Position numbers and translations under genes: made by a program | Notes under the pieces: model-generated | What the model was told of the DNA's origin: nothing | Seen by the model: only the letters and a program-made list of their open reading frames with translations | Database searches by the model: none | Shown here: piece after piece, positions 41,097 to 50,866 of the stretch | Numbering within the stretch: position 1 is the stretch's first letter | Layout: every line of letters starts with the position of its first letter | Assembly (NCBI GenBank): GCA_965197475.1 | Contig: CBDANF010000002.1 | Span: 480,001-544,000 of the forward strand | DNA from: Candidatus Poribacteria bacterium | GTDB lineage: Bacteria; Poribacteria; WGA-4E; WGA-3G | DNA length: 64,000 nucleotides | Direction of reading: 5' to 3'

Positions 41097-41357
41097 TACC
41101 ATATCTAATTGACAAAATATCATAAGAACTTGTTTTATACCATATACCTTTCGCACCGCTGGTGCTTGGTTTCTTGTGGTATACTTTTTTCTATACACCT
41201 TCCGCACCGTTGGTGCTGAGATACAATTGACTATAGCCTCGGAGAGGCGATAGGTGTATATTTTTTCCGCCGCATAACACTAAAATTGACGCATAAGGGT
41301 ATCCGCAAGCTCTACCCGACCTACGAAATAATGCAATACAATCTCTTTAAAATGGTA
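41097..41357. mobile_element. MITE family A, copy 2
   Basis: Highly similar to 8519-8847 but lacking 71 bp; TTA on both flanks. Confidence 0.9.
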
Positions 41358-41401
41358 TTACATAATTCTCATAATATTTTCTGTGTACTACATCGTTGAC
41401 T

Positions 41402-42169
41402 TCAAATATAGTCCTTCATTGTTTTCAAGGCTGTTTCAATATTGTCGTGAAAGTTATCAAATTTGCACTCACAAGAGATGCGTCCGTCGTACCCTGCTTT
41501 TTGAAGTGCAGTAAAGAAATCCGTGAAATCAAAGTCATCATTTCCGGGATAGGAGCGTTTGACAGGTTCCGCGATATGAACATGTGCTAACCAATCTGCG
41601 GCATCAACGATGTTTTGCATCGGTTCGTTTTCCTGCCAGACGTGGTATAGGTCCACCAACGCCTTAATTCCTTTTCGGTTGACCCGTTTTGCCATTTCAA
41701 GCCCTTCAGCAACAGTGCGTAGTATATTCCCTTCTTTCATGCAGATCGGTTCAATAACAATTATGATGCCGTGTGCCTCTGCATGGTCGGCGGCCATATC
41801 AAGGAATTCTGCAATCTGTGCCAATGCCCGTTCTTCTGAATAACCTTTCTCAAGGTTCCGAGAACCGCTGCTGCCGTAAACGATAATTTCACCGCCAATT
41901 TCGTTGGCTCTGCGGCATGCTGTCTCTACATAACGAGACAAACGTTCAAAATCCACCGTGTCGCCGACAACGCGCAAGTTTCTGGGGATAAATCCCGCAT
42001 AAGCTTCCGGTTTTAAGGGAGCTTCTGCCACTTGCTCTTGAATTTCCTGAAATTCGGCTTCATCCGCTTCAGGCATTAGTGCGCTTTGCACCCCTAATTC
42101 AATATAGTCGTACCCAACTTCTGTGAGTCGGTTGACGTTTTCTAAACTGGTACAAATCCCAAACCGCAT
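41402..42169 (-). CDS. Sugar phosphate isomerase/epimerase (AP_endonuc_2 TIM barrel)
   Basis: GYDYIEL, VIEP, DLYH, HVHIAE and GYDGRISCE motifs. Confidence 0.88.
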   Translation of the reverse strand: MRFGICTSLENVNRLTEVGYDYIELGVQSALMPEADEAEFQEIQEQVAEAPLKPEAYAGFIPRNLRVVGDTVDFERLSRYVETACRRANEIGGEIIVYGSSGSRNLEKGYSEERALAQIAEFLDMAADHAEAHGIIIVIEPICMKEGNILRTVAEGLEMAKRVNRKGIKALVDLYHVWQENEPMQNIVDAADWLAHVHIAEPVKRSYPGNDDFDFTDFFTALQKAGYDGRISCECKFDNFHDNIETALKTMKDYI

Positions 42170-42190
42170 GAGTTTGCTCCTTTGAATGAT

Positions 42191-43333
42191 TTAAGCCCCT
42201 GCCAAAAGCAGATGTAGTAAAATTTCGCCCGAAACAATCAGTAGTGCGACAAAGAAAGTACTGAAAAAACCATTTAGTTCAAATTTACGAACCGCTATAT
42301 TGGTAATTCCAAGAAGAAAGGCTATTAAAACAAGATAAGCAGGAAACTTAACTGTGTAAGATATTAGATCCAAAATGCATTCCTCACAACCTAAGGCGTG
42401 GCCGATGTCTTTAGGTGGCGCAGATGCCAGAAAAGATTTTATACCAGCAGGAAACGAATCGGATCTCACAATTCCTGTGAGTATCGTTTTAATAGCACCG
42501 AATCCGAGTGCAACCCCTACTGCTATTGGCCACTGATCAATGCTCACCGTTGGTAAAAACCAGATTACAACAAAAACAGCTATACTCATGATGAGTAGAA
42601 TGAAAGGGTATGCTAATTGTTTTTTCATTCCACGTGATGATACTTTGGGTGGAAAGGGTTCTACAGGACCTATTTGATTAAACAGCGATTTCAAAGTGTT
42701 TACAGGGATAGCGAAATTGAGATTTTGCCCATCGTCACGGGTTTCAGAAACGATCCCTATAACTTCTCCCCATCGATTTACAACTGCGCCGCCACTACTA
42801 CCGCGAGAAATAGCTGCTGTAAACTGAAGTACTTTGTCTTGTATTCGAGGTGTGCCTTGCGGCTGAATGTTACTGATCTCACCTGATGAGAATGTTCCTT
42901 CAAATCCGCGGGGATTGCCTACAGCATAAACAATTTCACCAACTCTAACAGTATCGCTGTTTCCAAGAGGAAGTGGGGGTGCATTAAGGGTAGTGACTTT
43001 TACTATTGCAAGGTCATGCTTCTCATCAGTTGCAACAACGCCTTCAATTTCAAACCGTTTCTGCTTACCGACTAACTTTGCAGTGCCTGTTTTGGCACCG
43101 CTGATAACATGATAATTTGTTGCCACGAGTCTATTAGCAACAAAGAAGCCGCTGCCTTGCGAAGATTGACCGTTCGCATCTTTCATTTCTAATAGGATTG
43201 TGGATGCGATCGTTTTTTCGGCAATAATTTCACGTGACTGGGCATTTACGACATTTATCCCATCATATAAAAGTACCAACAAGAGCATAAAACTAAGCGT
43301 TAGTTTTGCTTTACATGTTATAACGTTACTCAT
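42191..43333 (-). CDS. Trypsin-like serine protease fused to a 4-TM YvlD/phage-holin-4-like domain
   Basis: GSGFF, TNYHV, DLAIV, ISRGSSGG triad. The C-terminal hydrophobic region (WFLPTVSIDQW..A..VAL.FG.I...; KFELNGFFSTFFVALLI) resembles DUF360/YvlD. Confidence 0.75.
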   Translation of the reverse strand: MSNVITCKAKLTLSFMLLLVLLYDGINVVNAQSREIIAEKTIASTILLEMKDANGQSSQGSGFFVANRLVATNYHVISGAKTGTAKLVGKQKRFEIEGVVATDEKHDLAIVKVTTLNAPPLPLGNSDTVRVGEIVYAVGNPRGFEGTFSSGEISNIQPQGTPRIQDKVLQFTAAISRGSSGGAVVNRWGEVIGIVSETRDDGQNLNFAIPVNTLKSLFNQIGPVEPFPPKVSSRGMKKQLAYPFILLIMSIAVFVVIWFLPTVSIDQWPIAVGVALGFGAIKTILTGIVRSDSFPAGIKSFLASAPPKDIGHALGCEECILDLISYTVKFPAYLVLIAFLLGITNIAVRKFELNGFFSTFFVALLIVSGEILLHLLLAGA

Positions 43334-43350
43334 AATGTATCATCCTCTTT

Positions 43351-44181
43351 TTATTTTCCGAATCTTCGTTTGCGTTGGCTATAGTCGCGCAAAGCACGTA
43401 GAAAGTCAATCTTCCGAAACGATGGCCAATATGTATCACAAAAATAGAACTCTGAATAGACACTCTGCCAGAGCAAAAACCCGGACAATCGGACTTCTCC
43501 GCTGGTGCGAATAATTAACTCTGGGTCAGGAAGGTTTGAAGTATATAGATACGGTGCGATTTTATCAACGCTCAATTCTTCAGCGATTTGATTCGCGTCT
43601 TTTCCATCCTGAATTTCAGCTTTTAGATGTCCTCTGAATGCTTCAATTATTTCTTCGCGTCCGCCGTAAGCGACAGCCACATTCAGAATAAACTTGTCAT
43701 AATTCTTAGTTGCTTCTTCTGCTTGCCGAATTGCTTCTTGAAGACTTGGTGGAAGACGTTCAATCTGCCCCATCGCACGCACCTTAATCTGATTTGCGTG
43801 TAATCCCTTAATAGTGACCAGTTCACGCATTTTCCTTTCGATTAACCCCAAAATACCTTCAACTTCATCATCGGCACGTTTGAAATTATCAAGTGAAAAA
43901 ATCCAAATTGAGAATATTTCAACACCGAGTTCATCACACCAATGTAGAACTTCTTCCAGTTTGTCTGCGCCTTCGTAGTGTCCCTTAATTATATTCTCCA
44001 ATCCACTTGCTTTAGCATAGCGGCGGTTTCCATCAAGAATAACACCAATGTGACGTGGTATATTCCAAGTCCCCGCTTCTGCTTCCAACCGTTTTTGGTA
44101 CGCTTTGTAGAACCTTTTTTCAATTCGATTCTTAAGGAATTTGAATGGATTCATGAGATTCTCTTTATAAGATGGCTTCAA
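43351..44181 (-). CDS. uppS: Isoprenyl (polyprenyl diphosphate synthase) transferase
   Basis: HIGVILDGNRR, FSLDNFKR, YGGREEI and IRTSGEVRLSGFLLWQ. Confidence 0.93.
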   Translation of the reverse strand: MKPSYKENLMNPFKFLKNRIEKRFYKAYQKRLEAEAGTWNIPRHIGVILDGNRRYAKASGLENIIKGHYEGADKLEEVLHWCDELGVEIFSIWIFSLDNFKRADDEVEGILGLIERKMRELVTIKGLHANQIKVRAMGQIERLPPSLQEAIRQAEEATKNYDKFILNVAVAYGGREEIIEAFRGHLKAEIQDGKDANQIAEELSVDKIAPYLYTSNLPDPELIIRTSGEVRLSGFLLWQSVYSEFYFCDTYWPSFRKIDFLRALRDYSQRKRRFGK

Positions 44182-44336
44182 TTGGTCAATCTAAGGTTTT
44201 TGACTTCGGCTTCCAGAATGGTATAGCTTCCAGAATGGTATATCCAATAGAATCAGTGAAGATGTAATACGAAATTCAGTGTTTCTCAATTATACCATAA
44301 AACTTTGTTAAGAAAAAGAGAAACTAAAAGCCCAGA

Positions 44337-44456
44337 CAGAGGCATTCAGTTTTCGGTTTTGAATGCAGGAATCGGGATTCTGTACGCCTCTATCTACATA
44401 AATCGGGCTTAGAAAGCCCTCCCACAAGAGTCTTTTGTGACAATTGAATGGCTCTG
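44337..44456. mobile_element. MITE family B, copy 1
   Basis: Ends CAGAGGCATTCAGTT / AATTGAATGGCTCTG; 10-bp TSD AAAG(C/T)CCAGA (9/10); similar to 46648-46814. Confidence 0.8.
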
Positions 44457-44527
44457 AAAGTCCAGAGCCATTCAGTTTTCGGTATTTTGTCCGTTTTAGT
44501 CGTAAAGTCGCGATTCGGAGATCGCTC

Positions 44528-46453
44528 CTACCGCAACTGTACACTGGCATGGTAGACGCGGCCGCTGCCGAGCCGTTGCCCGCCTTGTAGACTCAATATA
44601 AAATATGCGGTGCTGTCGATGCCGTGATTGTCACCTTTGATTGCCTCGTCATCCCTGTTCGTGCCCCGCATGTTCTCGTCATAAGTACAACTGAGAAACT
44701 CATCTGTGACTTCAAGTGGACGATATGTATCCTTCAAATCTTCATCTGGCGGATGGACAAGCCTATCCCGTAGGAAAAAGATTGCCGGTGCGCCGGTTGC
44801 GTCTACCTTTAGCCGTTCCTTGATAGCGTCAATTTGTGTGGCACGCGACTTTTTAGGTTGTTTGACAAGGAAACCTGCGCGCTGTAGCTGCTCAACTGCG
44901 TCCTGATCTGCACTGTCTACCGCTGCGTATTGTATGCGGTCTGAATTATCACAATTTGCTTGTATCATCCGTATGAAATCGGGCTTTGTGAGTTTTGTCT
45001 TGTATATCTCCTTGTATGCGTAGATGCGATCATCGTGGGACCGCGCCCACCATATACAGCTGGATGGGTTGCGGTATCCCCAGTCGATGCTGATATAGCG
45101 CGCCCATTTTGAGGAAATGGTGAAGTTGTCGATGACATGCACTTCTGGCAGAAATGTATCAAATACGAGTCCTTCCCCTGATGCCCATTTTCCTTCGTAT
45201 CCGCGTTTATAGCGCAATCCTTCAAGGTTTTGTAACCGTTCGACGCGTCGCTTGCCTTTTTCGGTTAACTCGCCAGTCTGTTGATTGTATATTTCGGGAT
45301 TGTCTCGGAATGTCATCTCGAAATATGCAAGTTTTCCAGCTTTTGTCTGCTGTCGAATCCAGTGGTTCGGTGTGCTAGGATTACAATCTCCGAGTAGGAA
45401 AGCGATGGGCATTGTGCCTGCGCGCTCGGAGACTCGTGCGGTGAGTTCGTCCCATGTATCGAATGAAACGAGTTCTGCTTGGTTGACGAACGCTGCATCA
45501 AAGAAGTCGGATAGTAGGTTCTGCGGTTTGTCTAATCCGTTCATGTAGATGCGCGATCCGTTCCAGTATTCAAAGAAGTCGGGATGTTCGCCGCCGTATC
45601 GTGTGATGGGTGTTGAATTCGGGTCGGCGCGACTTTTGGGTCGAAATCCGAGATATTTTTCATAAGTTGGGATGATGTTTCGGTATACTCTGTTGAGACT
45701 GCGGTGAATGAAGGTGAGTCGTGCGCCGGGGTATGTCCTCGCTAACTGGTCTATGTATGCGACGCAGCTAAAGGTTTTGCCTGCATCATAGGTGCCGCCC
45801 GCAATTTTTATGCTTGCGTGTGATTTGAATAGGTCGCGCATTTGTCCGTGAGGACAGAATCCGTTGGGGTTGTATTGGATGATGGGTGGTCTTTGTTTGG
45901 GGGCAGGTATGATGGTATATGTTTGCTGGTTTTGGCACTTGGTTTGCCCATTGTTTGCTATGTGCTTTTTGTCTTCCACCTCGGGTAGAGCGGATTGATA
46001 CTGCTCCATATCGGGATGCAGATGTGTTAGTAGTTGTGGTTCTTCGTCAGGCTGTTGGACTTCGTCGGTTTGTTCTGGATGGTCGGATTGCTCTGCTTGA
46101 TCGTTGGGTGTTGGATTGTGCAGCGATCTGTTGGTCTTTTGATTTTTTGCGTTATGTTTCGCTGCTTGTTTTTCCTTATATTTCCATTCGGAGATGCGTG
46201 CGTTGGTATCGTATCCTTGTTGGTCGATGTTTTCGCGTTTCCTCTGTGTGTCTTTTGTTCGAATAAGTTTGCCGTAGTCGTCTATACATTTGGATAGCTT
46301 TTTGGCTCTATCAGGATCGTTAACGTTCTTCTTGACTTTCTGAAATTCCTCATTAAGCACGTTCAACATCTCATCATACATGATATACGCCAGTTCTTTC
46401 GGATGGTTGTCTCGGCTGTTTTTACGGTTGGGGTGTCGTTTTTGTTTTTTCAT
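44528..46453 (-). CDS. Orphan phage terminase large subunit-like protein with a long N-terminal extension
   Basis: GGTYDAGKT, GLDKP, GDCNP...HW, F.DNP, G.W...EG.VF, SIDWGY.NP, YKEIY and DNHGIDSTAY; no other phage genes nearby. Confidence 0.85.
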   Translation of the reverse strand: MKKQKRHPNRKNSRDNHPKELAYIMYDEMLNVLNEEFQKVKKNVNDPDRAKKLSKCIDDYGKLIRTKDTQRKRENIDQQGYDTNARISEWKYKEKQAAKHNAKNQKTNRSLHNPTPNDQAEQSDHPEQTDEVQQPDEEPQLLTHLHPDMEQYQSALPEVEDKKHIANNGQTKCQNQQTYTIIPAPKQRPPIIQYNPNGFCPHGQMRDLFKSHASIKIAGGTYDAGKTFSCVAYIDQLARTYPGARLTFIHRSLNRVYRNIIPTYEKYLGFRPKSRADPNSTPITRYGGEHPDFFEYWNGSRIYMNGLDKPQNLLSDFFDAAFVNQAELVSFDTWDELTARVSERAGTMPIAFLLGDCNPSTPNHWIRQQTKAGKLAYFEMTFRDNPEIYNQQTGELTEKGKRRVERLQNLEGLRYKRGYEGKWASGEGLVFDTFLPEVHVIDNFTISSKWARYISIDWGYRNPSSCIWWARSHDDRIYAYKEIYKTKLTKPDFIRMIQANCDNSDRIQYAAVDSADQDAVEQLQRAGFLVKQPKKSRATQIDAIKERLKVDATGAPAIFFLRDRLVHPPDEDLKDTYRPLEVTDEFLSCTYDENMRGTNRDDEAIKGDNHGIDSTAYFILSLQGGQRLGSGRVYHASVQLR

Positions 46454-46647
46454 ACTGATATTATAACTGATGGTGGGTGGTGATCAGAAGTTTTTGTGGT
46501 GCGCGGAACAATAGATATCCAATAGATATCCAATAGGTTTGTGGGAAAGGTGGGTTTGGAGGCGTTTTTTGTCTGAATCGCGGATTTGCGCGGAAGACGC
46601 GGATTTTAAGAGGTCTCTTTTGGACATGTATACTGCTAAGTGTTTAC

Positions 46648-46814
46648 CAGAGGCATTCAGTTTTCGGTTTTGAATGTAAATCCGTGCGATTTCCGGGTTC
46701 GGAAATAATGGGCGGGCACAGGGACCCGCCCCTACAATAGCAGTGTCTCTCTGAAGAAAATCGGGGTTACAAACCCCTCCTACAAGAGTATTTCGCGACA
46801 ATTGAATGGCTCTG
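46648..46814. mobile_element. MITE family B, copy 2
   Basis: Same TIRs as copy 1; perfect 10-bp TSD AAGTGTTTAC (46638-46647 and 46815-46824); internal GTAG-type palindromes. Confidence 0.9.
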
Positions 46815-46832
46815 AAGTGTTTACAGAATTGA

Positions 46833-46862
46833 TTGACTTTTTTAACTTAATTATAGTATACT
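46833..46862 (+). promoter_or_regulatory. Putative sigma70 promoter for the MTase-HNH gene
   Basis: TTGACT-18 bp-TATACT. Confidence 0.45.
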
Positions 46863-46935
46863 GTTCATGTTAAGACAATTTATATATAAGATAAAAGTAT
46901 ATCAAAATCCTGAATAATAAATTTGGGGAGATGCT

Positions 46936-48573
46936 TTGATGGTACAGGACATAGATAATACACTTTACGAGATGGACAATTTGGAGGTACTGCGTGGAAT
47001 CAATAGTAACAGCATAGACCTCATCGCAACAGACCCGCCATTTAATACTAAGCGCAACCGAAGCGGTACCGCTGGATTCTATGTCGATAAATGGAAATAT
47101 GGGGATACGGACAAACTTCCGGATCAATGGAAGTGGAATGAAGTCCATCCGAAATGGCTTGAAACTATCCAAGATGGACACCCTGCACTCTACCAAGTCA
47201 TTGAAGCCACAAAGGTTGTTCAAGACGAGGATACAGCTGCGTTTCTCTGTTTTCTCGGTGTCCGGCTCCTTGAAATGCACCGTATCCTAAAAGATACAGG
47301 TAGCATCTATTTGCATTGCGATCCAACCGCAAGCCACTACATCAAAATGTGTATGGATGCTATCTTTGGCAAAAAGAACTTCAGGTCTGAGATTACATGG
47401 AAGCGTGCAACATCTACACAAAAAGGCTCTCAACATCAGAGTAAAAGATGGGGAAATAACGCAGATATACTCTTGTATTATGCAGCATCTTCAGTCACAT
47501 CATTGTCTCCAGAGAGAGAATTGACAGAAACCGAAATCTTGGAGAAATTCAAACACGTAGACGAGAATGGACAACGCTATTACGACGACTCCGCCCATAT
47601 TTGGAGGACTCCAAATATGGGCGCGCGTCCGAACCTTTGTTATGAGTGGCGTGGTTTCGTCAATCCGCACCCATCTGGGTGGCGGTTAAGCAAAGAACGT
47701 TTGGAGGAGGAATATCAAAAAGGAAACATCGTTATTCGCTCTGATGGAAAACTGGAACGGCGGAAGTATCTAAAAGATTATAAAGGTGCATCCTATGGTA
47801 ATATTTGGGATGACGTGCCTCCACCCAGAGGTGAAGAACGCACAGGATCGCCCGACCAAAAACCGGTCACTCTCTATGAACGCATTATCAAAGCCAGTAG
47901 CAACGAGGGTGACATTGTGTTAGACCCGTTTTGTGGGTGTGCGACAACGATTATCGCCGCCAATAACCTTAAACGTCGGTGGATAGGTATTGATAGACGT
48001 AAAGACGCACGTTACCACATTATCACACGCCTTATGGGAATTGACCCAAAAGAGCGAAAGCGGATTGAGAAATACGCAACAGATAAAACATGGCTCGACA
48101 AACAGATGCAAAAAAATGAAATGCACTACCAAACTGAACCGCCTACCCGCACTGATAATCAGGAAACCGCAGCAGCCGAGTTACCACCTGTTCTTCCAAT
48201 TACTGAAGAATTTCAAATGACGCGCGCAGAAATACATAGGACGCTCGTAGAGCAGTTTGGACCTTACTGTTGGGGCTGTAATTTTGAGGCACCTGATCCG
48301 CGCTACCTTGAACTTGACCATATCAACCCAAAAAGTGGAAAGGATGACTATGGGCAGCATCATATTAATAACCGTGCGCTCTTATGTAAACCTTGTAACC
48401 TCGAAAAAAGCAACCGTATGACACTCCCTCAGCTGCGTAAAATCAACGAACAAAAAGGATATATGAAGGAAGGTACGCTCATTGACTTAAGCAGAGCAAG
48501 CGAATGGACGTGGCAATATCTTGTGCAACGGATTCGAGAAACGCCACATCAATATAACTTAAGGGGAATGTAA
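46936..48573 (+). CDS. Beta-class N6/N4 DNA methyltransferase fused to a C-terminal HNH endonuclease
   Basis: DPPF motif IV precedes QKP...VLDPFCGCATT motif I; C-terminal CWGC...LELDHINP...NNRALLCKPCNLEK. Confidence 0.9.
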   Translation: MMVQDIDNTLYEMDNLEVLRGINSNSIDLIATDPPFNTKRNRSGTAGFYVDKWKYGDTDKLPDQWKWNEVHPKWLETIQDGHPALYQVIEATKVVQDEDTAAFLCFLGVRLLEMHRILKDTGSIYLHCDPTASHYIKMCMDAIFGKKNFRSEITWKRATSTQKGSQHQSKRWGNNADILLYYAASSVTSLSPERELTETEILEKFKHVDENGQRYYDDSAHIWRTPNMGARPNLCYEWRGFVNPHPSGWRLSKERLEEEYQKGNIVIRSDGKLERRKYLKDYKGASYGNIWDDVPPPRGEERTGSPDQKPVTLYERIIKASSNEGDIVLDPFCGCATTIIAANNLKRRWIGIDRRKDARYHIITRLMGIDPKERKRIEKYATDKTWLDKQMQKNEMHYQTEPPTRTDNQETAAAELPPVLPITEEFQMTRAEIHRTLVEQFGPYCWGCNFEAPDPRYLELDHINPKSGKDDYGQHHINNRALLCKPCNLEKSNRMTLPQLRKINEQKGYMKEGTLIDLSRASEWTWQYLVQRIRETPHQYNLRGM

Positions 48574-48729
48574 ACTGTTTTACGTTTTCATTGAGTGCCT
48601 TGTAGTTATAGGTTAGGTAGCGCGTAAGCGAAACCCAACATTAATGTGTTAGCATTATCCACAAGAAATCAGCATTTGGTGGAGTACCAGTTAAGCAAAA
48701 AATACTGTTGATAACAAACTGGAGATAAA

Positions 48730-50190
48730 ATGGTAGAATTCTATAGATTTAGAAGCATAGATGCTCTATTAGATAAATACCAAGAACTTGAGAAACGGAC
48801 TATCTATTTTGCTGATCCAGAAGAATTGAATGATCCAATGGAAGGTTTTCGAGATATTGTGTGGAATGGTGATAAAATTGTCTGGACCAAATTTATCAAG
48901 CATTATGTTTTTTGTCTACATCGGAGTTATTTGCTTCTTGCAATGGTCAGAAACTCTACTAAATTAGATGTGGACAGTATTCCAATATTAGACCGTTGGG
49001 ATCAACTTACAATTCCTTTAGAGAAGGATTTGTTTGATGGTATCTGGAATAATTTCCACAATTTACTTAACATAAAAGAAATCATTGAGGCATTAGCGCG
49101 CCCGGAGCGCAAAATCAGATATAGAGAGATCGGATATTATCTTCAAGGTATACACTTTGTTCTTTTAGGTGAAATCCAAAAATCACATATTGAACATGGA
49201 CTCATGTCCGAACTCCAAATTCCCAAACTATCTTACGAATTGTCTACCGCAGCATCAATGGAAAACCTCCTCAACCTCATAGAACTAACCGAGGCAGTCG
49301 AAGACGAAGAGCAACTCAACGCTATATTTCATGTATGTGGAGACCGATACGATGATATAAGGCTTGAGCTGCTGTACAATAGTCGAACAATACACACAGG
49401 AATATTAGCGAAGAATACTCAATTAGTGACAGTTGATTTTCCCAAGGTATACGTTGAACAACTTGAAAGGTTACTTTGGTCCAAGTGGTACACGGCTTGT
49501 TTTACGAAAAGTTACCACAACTCATCTGTATGGGGACATTATGGGGATAACCATAAAGGAGCCTGTTTGATTTTTGAAGCTATAGAAACAGATAACTCAA
49601 ATCAATTAGGTTTGAATCTAACAACCGATAGCGGAACCAGAACATTGTTTTTCCATGAGGTTAATTATGCAGAAAAACCATGTGAGATTGATTTCTTTCG
49701 AACCATTTGCAGAGAGATGACAGTGGATATGCTCATGAAACAGTGGTACACTGATCATGAAGGGAACACCTCTAAATGTGCCGCGCATATTGAATCACAG
49801 GGAGGCGATGAAGATGTGTGGAAAAAAAGATATTGGGAGGATGTATTTCGCGACATTACTACCAAAACCACAGATTGGGCGTATGAGCAAGAATGTCGTC
49901 TAATTTTAGAAGACGGCTTAAGTCAATTCAATGAAAAAAAAGAACGCACACTAATTTATGACTTTAATTCGTTGAAAGGTATTATTTTTGGGATCAAAAC
50001 ATCAACTGAAGATCAAATGAAAATCATTAATATTATAGAAAAAAAGTGGGGTAAAAACAAACGGACTGACTTTAAGTATTATCAGGCTTACTACTGTCCT
50101 ATAAAGAGGAAGATTCGCAAGAGGCAGATATATTTGCCATTTTCTAATGTTAAAGATACTGACCAAGCCGTCTCAACGTCCAACCAATAA
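48730..50190 (+). CDS. DUF2971 domain protein
   Basis: LNDPMEG, CF.....NSSVWGHYGDNHKGACLIF, K..DWAYEQECRL and LKGIIFG motifs. Confidence 0.85.
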   Translation: MVEFYRFRSIDALLDKYQELEKRTIYFADPEELNDPMEGFRDIVWNGDKIVWTKFIKHYVFCLHRSYLLLAMVRNSTKLDVDSIPILDRWDQLTIPLEKDLFDGIWNNFHNLLNIKEIIEALARPERKIRYREIGYYLQGIHFVLLGEIQKSHIEHGLMSELQIPKLSYELSTAASMENLLNLIELTEAVEDEEQLNAIFHVCGDRYDDIRLELLYNSRTIHTGILAKNTQLVTVDFPKVYVEQLERLLWSKWYTACFTKSYHNSSVWGHYGDNHKGACLIFEAIETDNSNQLGLNLTTDSGTRTLFFHEVNYAEKPCEIDFFRTICREMTVDMLMKQWYTDHEGNTSKCAAHIESQGGDEDVWKKRYWEDVFRDITTKTTDWAYEQECRLILEDGLSQFNEKKERTLIYDFNSLKGIIFGIKTSTEDQMKIINIIEKKWGKNKRTDFKYYQAYYCPIKRKIRKRQIYLPFSNVKDTDQAVSTSNQ

Positions 50191-50284
50191 TGAAGTTCTC
50201 ATGGGAACACCTCTCTGTCACAACATTTAATAAAATAATTATACACTCCATCATTATAGTGGATTTTACAATTACTTAGATATT

Positions 50285-50500
50285 GCCAATCGGCGAGGTT
50301 AGGAAACCTCGCCTACCGGGAAGTGTATATTTACTGAAACATCGCAACAGCGCGCTTACAAAAGCGCGCCTACTTTGTTTTAGACGTTGTGAGTATGACA
50401 ACCGTAGGTTGGATAGAGCGCAGTGAACCTAACAATTTAAGTCCTGTGCTATTCTACTAATTAGCGGACGGAGGACCCACGGCGTGTGCCTGCTACCATG
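50285..50500. repeat. Cluster of GTAG/CTAC-type REP-like palindromes
   Basis: GGCGAGGTTAGGAAACCTCGCCTAC, GCGCGCTTACAAAAGCGCGCCTAC, GTAGGTTGGATAGAGCG..., GGCGTGTGCCTGCTAC. Confidence 0.7.
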
Positions 50501-50566
50501 TTGGATTTCGCGCGAACAAGAGCGCAATGAGCAGAAGCGGACACACTTATCCCTGAAAGTGGGTTT

Positions 50567-50866
50567 ATGGGTTTCGGCATTTTGATGACAACGGTGCTGA
50601 TGCTATTTCGAATGCGGTTTGTATGGTGGCCGTTTCATCCTGCCGGTTTTGCTATTTCTACTAGTTGGGGCATGAACGTTACATGGGGTTGTCTTTTTAT
50701 GAGTTGGTTATTAAAATGGCTCATTCTCCAGCATGGTGGTCCTATAAGATATCGTAAGATAGCACCGTTCTTTTTAGGTTTAATTCTTGGTGAGTTCACG
50801 GTTGGGAGTGTGTGGACAATTCTTGGAATTGTTCTGGGCATACCTACTTACGGCTTCTGGGTCTAA
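50567..50866 (+). pseudogene. C-terminal fragment of a polytopic membrane protein (DUF6784/6785-like)
   Basis: WWPFHPAGF...SWLLKWLILQHGG..Y....PFFLGLILGEF is the end of a normally much longer protein; the upstream region is a repeat cluster. Confidence 0.65.

Noticed and set aside
44209-44242. 17-bp tandem duplication GCTTCCAGAATGGTATA upstream of uppS
   Set aside because: Only two units; most simply a local duplication or assembly artefact, with no evidence of function.
44463-46814. Composite transposon carrying the terminase
   Set aside because: Each flanking MITE has its own separate TSD, and the outer flanks do not match one another.
44337-50190. Prophage
   Set aside because: Only a terminase homolog is present; no integrase, portal, capsid or tail genes.
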